32,000 bases of DNA. It comes from Micrococcus luteus NCTC 2665. Its GTDB lineage: Bacteria; Actinomycetota; Actinomycetes; Actinomycetales; Micrococcaceae. The notes beneath the pieces were generated by a model, which worked only from the letters and a program-made list of their open reading frames with translations, ran no database searches and had not been told where the DNA came from. Positions 1-8,925 of this stretch are shown here, in pieces (position 1 is the first letter of the stretch; every line of letters starts with the position of its first letter). The position numbers were made by a program, and so were the translations under genes. The DNA is taken from NCBI RefSeq assembly GCF_000023205.1, contig NC_012803.1, positions 1,380,001-1,412,000 on the forward strand, given 5' to 3'.

Positions 1-3000
1 CCCCTCCCCGAACACCTGGAGTCAGGTGATTTCCTACCCGAGCAGCGTGCGCCACGCCGAGCCAGGTAAGCGATGGATCACATTGGAGGTTCATCCAACT
101 CCACCACAGGCCCGCCCGGGAGGCATGCGCATCCGTGGAGCACTCTACCGCTGCCAAGAAGACCTCCTTGCTACGAACGAACTCCCTCCTGCAGACTCAA
201 ATCAGGTAACGCTGGCTCCTCTTCTTAAAGGCCTCTTCGCCGCCATCCAGAATCTCACAAGCGTGGGAGGGGACGTCTAGCCGATCCAGCGCAAATGACG
301 CCCCAGGATTGGGATTGCGTTCATGTTCAAGTGAACCCCCGAGATAGGAGAATCTCCGACCGTCCTCGTTGGGATGGTCAGTGCCATGACGGTTTGCAAC
401 GAGTATCTGTTCCGAGTCCGCACCGATTGCCAGGTTCGCATTATGTGTAACCATAATGATCTGACGCTTCTTCTTCTGATCCATCAGATAGTGAGCGATT
501 GTCCCAAAGATCGACCGGCTATCTAGGTCATCCTCCGGCTGGTCAAGAAGAAGAGGCCACCCGTCTTGGTCTGAACCCAATGTCAGGGACAGCGCGAACA
601 GCGCTTGCTTTCCAGGGGTCATTGAGGAGGGTTCAAAACCACCGATCGAGTCGCCTTCGAGAGTCGCCTTGAATCGGACCTCCGGAACCACGCTCAGAAC
701 CCGGTTCGCGAGTTCCTCCTTGGTGGTGGATCCCGTGAGACGAATTTGTCCCGAGAATAGTTCTTCAAGAAAGTCAAGGGGATCAGCTTGCGCTCTCGCA
801 ACATCAAACAGATCCCCGCGTCCACGCACGTACGAGTTAACTGATGACCCGTGCATACCAGCCATTGCATCGCGAATGGATTGCTCATCGATCTGGGCAT
901 CCGCGCTGAGCATCATTTGCTCAATCTCGACACTTGCAGTCTCAACGTTTCTAACGAAGGTAGCGATTTCCTTATTCACCCTCGCAATGCACGATTGGAT
1001 GGTATCCGCGACTGTCTTAATCTCATCAGCGTTATCCCTGACCTCCGTCGCGAGACTATCGATCCTATCCAGTTCTCTCGAAAACTTGTCGGCGCCATCG
1101 CGAAGACTGCCAATTTCTTCAATGGCCACTTCTTTTGCAAGTAGAGGGGCGGAAACTTCTTCAGTGGTAACCAGTTCCTCTCGAATAGCTGCCATTTTCC
1201 CGCGGAGAAAATCTAGCCGCGTTCGAGCTAGACTACTAAGGTACTCACTAATCTCATTCTCGTAGAAGTCGAGGACAGGCTTGGCGGTCGTCGCGAACCC
1301 TGCACCCGCAGTCTCCAGCCCTGGATCGACCTTCACATCGACTTTAAAAGCCTTGGGCGAGAGGGCGTATTCGTCGTCGAGTCGAGTCCCCAAAATGTTC
1401 TGGATCCGATTATATTCGTCCTCTGCGGCCCGGAGGGAATCCCCAAGAATACGAAGTTGGTTCCGATACCCCGCTATTCGCCCCAGTTCAGAGTCGGTAA
1501 TTTCAGCCACTTCCGCGCACTCGGCAATGCGTACGTTTACTTTTTCTAGCTCAGCTGCGACCGCGTCCTTTGAACCCAGGGCGCCTATTTGCTCAGTCAG
1601 CTGAACGTGCTTGGTTTTTAGTGAGAACCAACGACTGACGGATGCAGCAACTTCCTCGCGAAAAATGCGCTCATCGGCAAGAAGATTGTCGTACTGGATG
1701 CCAAGATCTGGTCGAGCAACGGCAAGAGCCGGCGCAATACGCTCTGTAATCTCCTCCGGCTTTTCGCTTAGCGAGTAGAGGGAGTTTTGAGGAATATATA
1801 TAACCCTCCCGCTACCAGATTCACTGGACCCCCAACTTACCCGGCAACCAGCGTTTGCAGCTGCTTGCCACGTTATTCCAGCAGCTGGTCCCAGTTTTGT
1901 TGGGTCGAGGTGCGGGTTCGCCCGCCTCTGCGCGTCTAGTGTCCTGTCGGGATCCACCGCGTAAGCAATGTGAGCCAACAATGAAGACTTTCCCGACGAA
2001 CGGCTGCCGATGATCGAGTTAAGGTTTGGATTGAGTCGAACCCTCTTTGGAAAGTTAGCAGTATCGGAAAACTCGACGCTTTCGATGACCTTATATCCCG
2101 GCTTGCGGTCAGGCTGAGTGGAACCAAGAAAAACTCGAGTATCGGGTTCCAGAAAGATCTGCAACAATCCGTTATAAGTTAAATCGGATTTAATCCACAA
2201 GATATTTGAGTGATTGCCCCCCGTCTTCGAATGACGCCCGAGTCGTTGTTTCAGCTGCGTGAAATCGTGGGCGTCGCATCCGTCCAGCACCGGCTTGGGT
2301 ATGGAGACTTCACTTGCCTCGTACCTATCGGGGGATAGAAACCATTCGACGTTCCCTTCGTTACCGAAGAAGCCGTCACAAAATTTGTCAATTTCATCGC
2401 TCTGCGCCGCCCGCCTAGCTGCGCCAGCTTGACCCCCCCGCGCCCGAATCCCGTCATTCTTAGCAGAGGCTATGACTATAAGGTTTCGTCTGCGGTTATC
2501 ACCGCTGTAAACGTCCTCACCAAAAACATCTCGCATCGCATTCCGAATGGCATCTAGACCCACCGTCGCAGAAGCGAAATCATCTGCATCTGTAAGCTCT
2601 GAGCATGAAATTTGCGGACCAGAGATGCCAGATCTGCGGCTGATTTTAAGCGACCCGAGGAACCGGTCCACTTTCTCAGGAGGCAACGAGGGGTTAAAAA
2701 TGAAGTGAAGATTCACATTTTTCCCCTCTGCTGATACATCGACGTCTAAGCGCACCTCGATATTTACCAAGAGGAGTTTTCGGGATTGTGGAAACAGCTC
2801 TTTATAGCGCTTTCGAACCTTATGGATCCGGTCGGCATAGTAATAGTCGGTCAGGCCGAAGGCTTGCACATCTGAGCTCTCCAGCACCTGGCAGAATGTG
2901 TCAATAGTTGACGGATCTTCCGATCGAGGGTAACCATTTGAGAGTTTTGTTCCAGGCACATGAAGGTGCAGATCCCACTTACGCCAAATTGATCCGTTGT

Positions 3001-3130
3001 ACGTTTGACTCATTTTCTAGCCCCTCTCCTGTCACTACCCGCAGACTCGGCCCCTGGACGTTAACAGCGACACGAGTTGCCGAGAGCCAACGTAGCAGAC
3101 GCACAGACCGCATCTTCAGAATAGGACGCC
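1..3130. other. Low-GC, compositionally foreign segment (probable horizontally acquired island; left end lies beyond the window)
   Basis: Hand counts of 60-nt lines within 200-3000 give roughly 35-58% G+C with many A/T-ending codons (AAA, AAT, ATT, TTA). Lines right of ~3130 give about 70-75% G+C with G/C-ending codons. The transition falls in the spacer 3050-3135 next to the rpsD 3' end. Positions 1-180 are intermediate (~62%). Confidence 0.8.
197..3013 (-). CDS. PHP-domain phosphoesterase fused to a Rad50/SbcC/SMC-like ABC ATPase with coiled-coil insert (938 aa); candidate defence/DNA-processing protein
   Basis: Uninterrupted 938-codon ORF. ATG at 3013 is preceded by GAGGGG plus a 7-nt spacer. 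PHP motifs: WDLHLH (res 13-18), GLTDYY (53-58), NIEV (84-87), NLHF (101-104), DGCDAHD (244-250). Walker A GSRSSGKSS (res 336-344, nt 1982-2008) and Q-loop IPQN (407-410). Long helical region of ~res 430-780. Signature-like TPGKQALFALSL (799-810), Walker B LLLDQPEDDLD (821-831, nt 521-553) and H-loop MVTHN (854-858). Confidence 0.85.
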   Translation of the reverse strand: MSQTYNGSIWRKWDLHLHVPGTKLSNGYPRSEDPSTIDTFCQVLESSDVQAFGLTDYYYADRIHKVRKRYKELFPQSRKLLLVNIEVRLDVDVSAEGKNVNLHFIFNPSLPPEKVDRFLGSLKISRRSGISGPQISCSELTDADDFASATVGLDAIRNAMRDVFGEDVYSGDNRRRNLIVIASAKNDGIRARGGQAGAARRAAQSDEIDKFCDGFFGNEGNVEWFLSPDRYEASEVSIPKPVLDGCDAHDFTQLKQRLGRHSKTGGNHSNILWIKSDLTYNGLLQIFLEPDTRVFLGSTQPDRKPGYKVIESVEFSDTANFPKRVRLNPNLNSIIGSRSSGKSSLLAHIAYAVDPDRTLDAQRRANPHLDPTKLGPAAGITWQAAANAGCRVSWGSSESGSGRVIYIPQNSLYSLSEKPEEITERIAPALAVARPDLGIQYDNLLADERIFREEVAASVSRWFSLKTKHVQLTEQIGALGSKDAVAAELEKVNVRIAECAEVAEITDSELGRIAGYRNQLRILGDSLRAAEDEYNRIQNILGTRLDDEYALSPKAFKVDVKVDPGLETAGAGFATTAKPVLDFYENEISEYLSSLARTRLDFLRGKMAAIREELVTTEEVSAPLLAKEVAIEEIGSLRDGADKFSRELDRIDSLATEVRDNADEIKTVADTIQSCIARVNKEIATFVRNVETASVEIEQMMLSADAQIDEQSIRDAMAGMHGSSVNSYVRGRGDLFDVARAQADPLDFLEELFSGQIRLTGSTTKEELANRVLSVVPEVRFKATLEGDSIGGFEPSSMTPGKQALFALSLTLGSDQDGWPLLLDQPEDDLDSRSIFGTIAHYLMDQKKKRQIIMVTHNANLAIGADSEQILVANRHGTDHPNEDGRRFSYLGGSLEHERNPNPGASFALDRLDVPSHACEILDGGEEAFKKRSQRYLI

Positions 3131-3133
3131 GCA

Positions 3134-3164
3134 GGCCCGGCCACCTCCGAGAGGTGACCGGGCC
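3134..3164 (-). terminator. Candidate rpsD terminator hairpin at the island/core boundary
   Basis: ggcccggccacctc (3134-3147) pairs with gaggtgaccgggcc (3151-3164): 14-bp stem, one mismatch, 3-nt loop, about 50 nt after the rpsD stop. On the minus strand it is followed by a moderately U-rich stretch (UCCUAUUCU). Confidence 0.45.
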
Positions 3165-3214
3165 GGCGGGACGCGCGGGGCGCCGTCGTCCGGGACGGGC
3201 CCGGACGGGGCGGA

Positions 3215-3841
3215 TCAGCGCGCGTAGTACTCGACCACGAGCTGCTCCTCGCAGGTCACGGGGACCTCGGAGCGCTTCGGGCGACGGGTGAGGGTGGCGC
3301 GCAGCTTTTCGATCTCCACGGTCAGGTAGCCCGGGGTGGCGGGCAGGACCTGCTGGTGGGCGCCGGCGGCGGCCAGCTGGAAGGGGACCATCTTCTCCGA
3401 GCGCTCGTGCACGTGGATCATCTGGCCCTCCTTCACGCGGAACGAGGGGACGTCCACGCGCTTGCCGTCCACCATGATGTGGCGGTGCACGACGAGCTGA
3501 CGGGCCTGCTGGATGGTGCGGGCGAAGCCGGCGCGCAGCACGAGGGCGTCGAGGCGCTGCTCGAGGAGCTCGACCAGGTTCTCACCGGTCAGGCCGGCGG
3601 TGCGCTTGGCCTCCTCAAAGTAGCGGCGCATCTGGGCCTCGCGGATGTTGTACTGGGCGCGCAGACGCTGCTTCTCCTTGAGGCGCACCGCGTAGTCCGA
3701 GTCCTGCTTGCGGCGGGCGCGGCCGTGCTGGCCGGGGCCGTACGGACGACGCTCCATGTACTTCTCGGCCTTGGGGGTCAGCGCGATGCCCAGGGCGCGG
3801 GAGTGCCGCACGGTGCGGCGGGTGCGAAGGTTGCCACTCAT
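3215..3841 (-). CDS. rpsD: 30S ribosomal protein S4
   Basis: The translation [64 protein letters not shown]... is unmistakably S4. ATG at 3841 has AAGGAAAGG upstream. The annotated ORF track extends further upstream, but that extension lacks S4-like sequence. Confidence 0.97.
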   Translation of the reverse strand: [208 protein letters not shown]

Positions 3842-4129
3842 GGTGGACCTGCCTTTCCTTGACGTGCGGCACGGTTCGGGTTTGTCTCGAGGTCTCGTCC
3901 GGGCGCCGGGGCGCACGGGTCAAGGGGACTCGAACCTGGCCTCCCCGCGATCCTGAGGAGAGCTGAGGGGCGTGCCGCCGCCCGTCATCCACTGATGCGC
4001 TGCGCGTCCCTCGCCCGGGCACGCGGGTGTCCCGTGGACCGCTCGAGGGGGATGCGTCCGGGGCGCAGCGCCTGCCAGACAGCGGACCACTCTACCAGAA
4101 CCGGGTCGGCGCCCACCGGCGCTCCCCCC

Positions 4130-5527
<1,398 letters not shown>

Positions 5528-5534
5528 CGGGTCC

Positions 5535-5540
5535 AGGGTA
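5535..5540 (-). promoter_or_regulatory. Candidate -10 hexamer (TACCCT) for a leaderless rarA transcript
   Basis: On the minus strand: TACCCT, then 7 nt (ggacccg), then ATG at 5527. There is no SD at a usable distance. Confidence 0.35.
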
Positions 5541-5567
5541 GTCCTCGGCCCGCGGGGACGTGGGTGG

Positions 5568-5573
5568 CATCCT
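5568..5573 (+). promoter_or_regulatory. Candidate -10-like hexamer (CATCCT) for a leaderless DUF1697 gene
   Basis: CATCCT, then 6 nt, then ATG at 5580, with no SD. This is a weaker match to TANNNT than the other cases. Confidence 0.25.
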
Positions 5574-5579
5574 GGCCGC

Positions 5580-6170
5580 ATGAGCCCCGCCGCCCCGCGC
5601 ACCGACCACACCCATGTCCTGCTGCTGCGCGGGATCAACGTGGGCCGGAGCAACCGCGTCGGCAAGGACACACTGATCCGCTGGGCCCAGGCCGCCGGCG
5701 GGGAGGCGGTCACCACCCACCTGGCCAGCGGCAACGTCCTGTTCCGGGCGTCCTCCGACGCGGCCGCGGAGGGCGTGCGGCAGGGGTTCGCGCGACGGGC
5801 GCGTGAGGAGGGCGGTCTCGACGTCCCCGTGGTCCTCGTGGACGTGGGCACGCTCCGACGCGCCCTGGAGCTGCACGACGCGCTCCCCTGGGCCGGCGGC
5901 GAGCCGAAACGCACCCAGCTCACCGTGCTCGAGGACGACCCCGCACCCGAGGCGGCCGCCGCCCTGGCCGCGCTCGACCACGGGGACGACCGACCCGCGG
6001 GGCCGGATCGCACAGCCCTGGAGGGACGGCTGCTGTGGACGCGCTGCGCCACGGGGGTCGCCGACTCCCCGCTCACCCCGGCCCGCCTCGACCGGACGCT
6101 CGGGGTGCGCGGCGCGGCCCGGAACCTCACGACGGTGCGGGTGCTCGCGGGGCTGCCGGCCGGGGACTGA
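5580..6170 (+). CDS. DUF1697 domain-containing protein
   Basis: N-terminal [24 protein letters not shown]...HLASGNVLF matches the characteristic DUF1697 LLRGINVGG...SGNv.F signature. 196 aa, high GC3. Confidence 0.8.
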   Translation: MSPAAPRTDHTHVLLLRGINVGRSNRVGKDTLIRWAQAAGGEAVTTHLASGNVLFRASSDAAAEGVRQGFARRAREEGGLDVPVVLVDVGTLRRALELHDALPWAGGEPKRTQLTVLEDDPAPEAAAALAALDHGDDRPAGPDRTALEGRLLWTRCATGVADSPLTPARLDRTLGVRGAARNLTTVRVLAGLPAGD

Positions 6171-6489
6171 CCTCGGCGGACAGCACGCGGGGCATCCGCC
6201 GACGTCGACACCCGCGGGGCACCGCGCGCTGGCCGACGACTTCTCCTCCGGCGCAGCCCTGCTGATCGTGGCCAACGCGGTCTCCGGTTCGACCGCCATG
6301 TACGAGGTGGAGCCCACGAAGCGGAAGTGAGGCGTCGGGCGGCGAGAACGCTGAGCTGGGGCCCCGGGCCGACCGGGCATCCGAGGGGTCGGAATGAGCG
6401 CCGTCACGGTCCTCATTCCGGCCGCTGGCCTCCCCGGTCCGGGTCAGAGGCCCCGCCCTGGATGAGGGCGGTCATGTGAGGATGGCCGC

Positions 6490-6942
6490 ATGCGTGCCGT
6501 CTGCCAGAGAGCCCAGTCTGCGTCCGTGACCGTCGACGGGAAGGTGGTCGGCTCCTTCGAGGGCGAGGGGCTGGTGATCCTGCTCGGAGTGTCGGTCACG
6601 GACACGGAGGCCGAGGCCGTCCAGGTGGCCCGCAAGGTGGCCGGGCTCCGCATGCTCGACGGCGAGCGGTCCCTCACCGACGCCGGTGCCCCGGCGCTCG
6701 TCGTCAGCCAGTTCACGCTGTACGGCGACGTGCGCAAGGGCCGGCGGCCGTCCTGGACGCGCGCGGCGAAGGGCGACCAGGCCGAGCCGCTCTACGAGCG
6801 GTTCACGGCCGAGCTCGAGGCCGCCGGCGTGCGCGTGGAGCGCGGGGTGTTCGGCGCGATGATGGACGTCTCTCTCACCAACTCCGGGCCGTTCACGCTG
6901 ATCGTGGACTCGGACGAGCTGGCCGGGCCGCGGCGCGGCTGA
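6490..6942 (+). CDS. dtd: D-aminoacyl-tRNA deacylase
   Basis: [21 protein letters not shown]...[20 protein letters not shown]...[14 protein letters not shown] is typical Dtd (SQFTL and NxGPxT motifs). SD GAGGA lies 7 nt upstream of the ATG. Confidence 0.93.
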   Translation: MRAVCQRAQSASVTVDGKVVGSFEGEGLVILLGVSVTDTEAEAVQVARKVAGLRMLDGERSLTDAGAPALVVSQFTLYGDVRKGRRPSWTRAAKGDQAEPLYERFTAELEAAGVRVERGVFGAMMDVSLTNSGPFTLIVDSDELAGPRRG

Positions 6943-6965
6943 GGCGGGCCCGCCGCGGACCCCGA

Positions 6966-8780
6966 TCAGGCCTCCGGCTCAGCCTCGGCCTGCTTCGGCT
7001 CCGGCTGCGCGTCGACGCCGGCCTCCTTGCGCTGCTGGGCGGTGATGGGCGCCGGTGCGCCCGTCAGCGGGTCGAAGCCGCCGCCGGTCTTCGGGAACGC
7101 GATGACCTCGCGGATCGAGTCGGTGCCGGCCAGCAGGGCGACCACGCGGTCCCAGCCGAACGCGATGCCGCCGTGCGGCGGGGCACCGTACTTGAAGCCC
7201 TCGAGCAGGAAGCCGAACTTCTCGTTCGCCTCCTCCGGGGACAGGCCCATGACCTCGAACACGCGCTCCTGCACGTCCCGACGGTGGATGCGGATGGAGC
7301 CGCCGCCGATCTCGTTGCCGTTGCACACGATGTCGTACGCGTAGGCCAGGGCCGAGCCCGGGTCGGCGTCGAAGGTGTCCGCGAACTCCGGCTTGGGCGA
7401 GGTGAACGCGTGGTGCACGGCGGTCCAGGCGCCAGCGCCCACGGCGACGTCGCCCGAGGCCACGGCGTCGGCCGCCGGCTCGAACATCGGCGCGTCCACG
7501 ACCCACACGAACGCCCAGTCGGCATCCTTCGCGGCCACGCCGTCACCGGCGTCGGTGAACAGCCCGCAGCGACGGCCGATCTCCACGCGGGCCGCGCCCA
7601 GCAGCGCGCGGGACTCCTTCGGCTTGCCGGCGGCGAAGAACACGCAGTCGCCCGGGTTCGCGCCCACGGCGGCGGCCAGACCGGCCTTCTCTTCCTCGGA
7701 GATGTTCTTGGACACCGGGCCGGTCAGCTCGCCGTCCTCCTGGATGAGCACGTAGGCCAGGCCCTTGGCGCCGCGCTGCTTGGCCCACTCCTGCCACGCG
7801 TCGAGGGTGCGGCGGGCCTGGGAGGCGCCGCCCGGCATCACGACGGCGCCCACGTACTCGTTCTGGAACACGCGGAACGGGGTGTCCTTGAAGTATTCGG
7901 TCAGGTCCGTCAGCTCGAGGCCGAAGCGCAGGTCCGGCTTGTCCGAGCCGTACTTCTCCATCGCCTCGGCGTAGGTCATCCGACGGATCGGCGTCGGCAC
8001 GTCCACACCGACGAGGGCCCACAGGGCCTTGACGATCTTCTCGCCGAGGGCGATCACGTCGTCCTGCTCCACGAAGGAGGCCTCGATGTCCAGCTGGGTG
8101 AACTCGGGCTGACGGTCCGCGCGGAAGTCCTCGTCGCGGTAGCAGCGGGCGATCTGGTAGTACTTCTCGATCCCGCCCACCTGCAGCAGCTGCTTGAACA
8201 GCTGCGGCGACTGCGGCAGGGCGTACCAGGAGCCGGGAGCCAGGCGGGCCGGGACGAGGAAGTCGCGGGCGCCCTCCGGCGTCGAGCGCGTGAGGGTCGG
8301 GGTCTCGACCTCCACGAAGCCCTCGCCGTGCAGGAGCTCGCGCGCCGTCCGGTTGACCTCGGAGCGCAGGCGCATGATGCGCGAGGGCTGCGGGCGGCGC
8401 AGGTCCAGGTAGCGGTGGCGCAGCCGGGCCTCCTCGCCGACCTCCACGTGCTCGTCCACCTGGAACGGCAGCGCGGCGGCGGTGTTGAGCACCGTCACGG
8501 TCTCCGCGATCAGCTCGATCTCGCCGGAGGGCAGGTTCGGGTTCTCGTTGCCCTCGGGGCGGCGCTCGACCGTGCCGGTGACCTGCAGGACCCACTCGTT
8601 GCGCAGCGGGTCGAAGTCCGCCTCGTCCCGCACCACGACCTGGGCGAAGCCCGAGGCGTCGCGCAGGTCCACGAAGGCCACGCCGCCGTGGTCGCGCCGC
8701 CGCGCCACCCAGCCGGTGACGGTGACGGTCTGGCCGATGAGCGAGGCGTTGAGCTCGCCGAGGGAGTGGGTGCGCAGCAC
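6966..8780 (-). CDS. aspS: Aspartate--tRNA ligase
   Basis: 604 aa. N-terminal OB-fold region ([44 protein letters not shown]) and class II motifs ([34 protein letters not shown]). GTG start at 8780 with GGAGAGGA upstream. Confidence 0.97.
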   Translation of the reverse strand: MLRTHSLGELNASLIGQTVTVTGWVARRRDHGGVAFVDLRDASGFAQVVVRDEADFDPLRNEWVLQVTGTVERRPEGNENPNLPSGEIELIAETVTVLNTAAALPFQVDEHVEVGEEARLRHRYLDLRRPQPSRIMRLRSEVNRTARELLHGEGFVEVETPTLTRSTPEGARDFLVPARLAPGSWYALPQSPQLFKQLLQVGGIEKYYQIARCYRDEDFRADRQPEFTQLDIEASFVEQDDVIALGEKIVKALWALVGVDVPTPIRRMTYAEAMEKYGSDKPDLRFGLELTDLTEYFKDTPFRVFQNEYVGAVVMPGGASQARRTLDAWQEWAKQRGAKGLAYVLIQEDGELTGPVSKNISEEEKAGLAAAVGANPGDCVFFAAGKPKESRALLGAARVEIGRRCGLFTDAGDGVAAKDADWAFVWVVDAPMFEPAADAVASGDVAVGAGAWTAVHHAFTSPKPEFADTFDADPGSALAYAYDIVCNGNEIGGGSIRIHRRDVQERVFEVMGLSPEEANEKFGFLLEGFKYGAPPHGGIAFGWDRVVALLAGTDSIREVIAFPKTGGGFDPLTGAPAPITAQQRKEAGVDAQPEPKQAEAEPEA

Positions 8781-8925
8781 GAGGATCCTCTCCGTCCGGT
8801 CGCCGGACGATGTGCGGGGTTCATGTGATGGTCGACGCCGTGTGATACGCCTGCGGGGCGGGCGCGCGCCGTTCCCGTCAGTCTAGTGCCCCGCCCGCGT
8901 TGCCCCAGCCCAGGAGGACCCCGTC

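Noticed and set aside
85-106. GGAGGTTCATCCAACTCCACCA, resembling a tRNA/tmRNA 3' end (T-loop-like plus CCACCA) and therefore a possible att site
   Set aside because: No complementary acceptor strand or cloverleaf can be built upstream, and the T-stem does not pair. It is too weak to call a tRNA fragment without the rest of the island.
191-198. 8-bp direct repeat GCAGACTC at 191-198 and 3041-3048, bracketing the PHP-ATPase gene as a possible target-site duplication
   Set aside because: An 8-mer shared between flanks of about 200 nt and 120 nt is expected by chance about one time in three. No terminal inverted repeats or recombinase support a discrete 2.85-kb element, and the flanks themselves are still below host GC.
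26-280. 84-aa plus-strand ORF overlapping the 3' end of the PHP-ATPase gene
   Set aside because: It would overlap the convergent 938-aa gene by 84 nt, has no SD and gives an unconvincing peptide. I left it uncalled, and the region is discussed as unresolved in the findings.
669-1604. Plus-strand ORFs of 97-198 aa inside 197-3013
   Set aside because: They are antisense to the coiled-coil region of the 938-aa gene and give Ser/Arg-rich products. The sense frame has coherent domain architecture.
3915-3945. Possible minus-strand tRNA gene (GGTTCGAGTCCCC T-arm motif)
   Set aside because: The T-stem is interrupted (GGGGA, a 13-nt loop, then TCCCC), and no acceptor or anticodon arms are at proper spacing. 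I did not call it as a tRNA and kept it only as part of the rpsD-leader observation.
7173-8828. 551-aa plus-strand ORF, plus several 100-350-aa ORFs within 6979-8886
   Set aside because: All overlap aspS in alternative or antisense frames, and aspS is unambiguous. These are high-GC artefacts.
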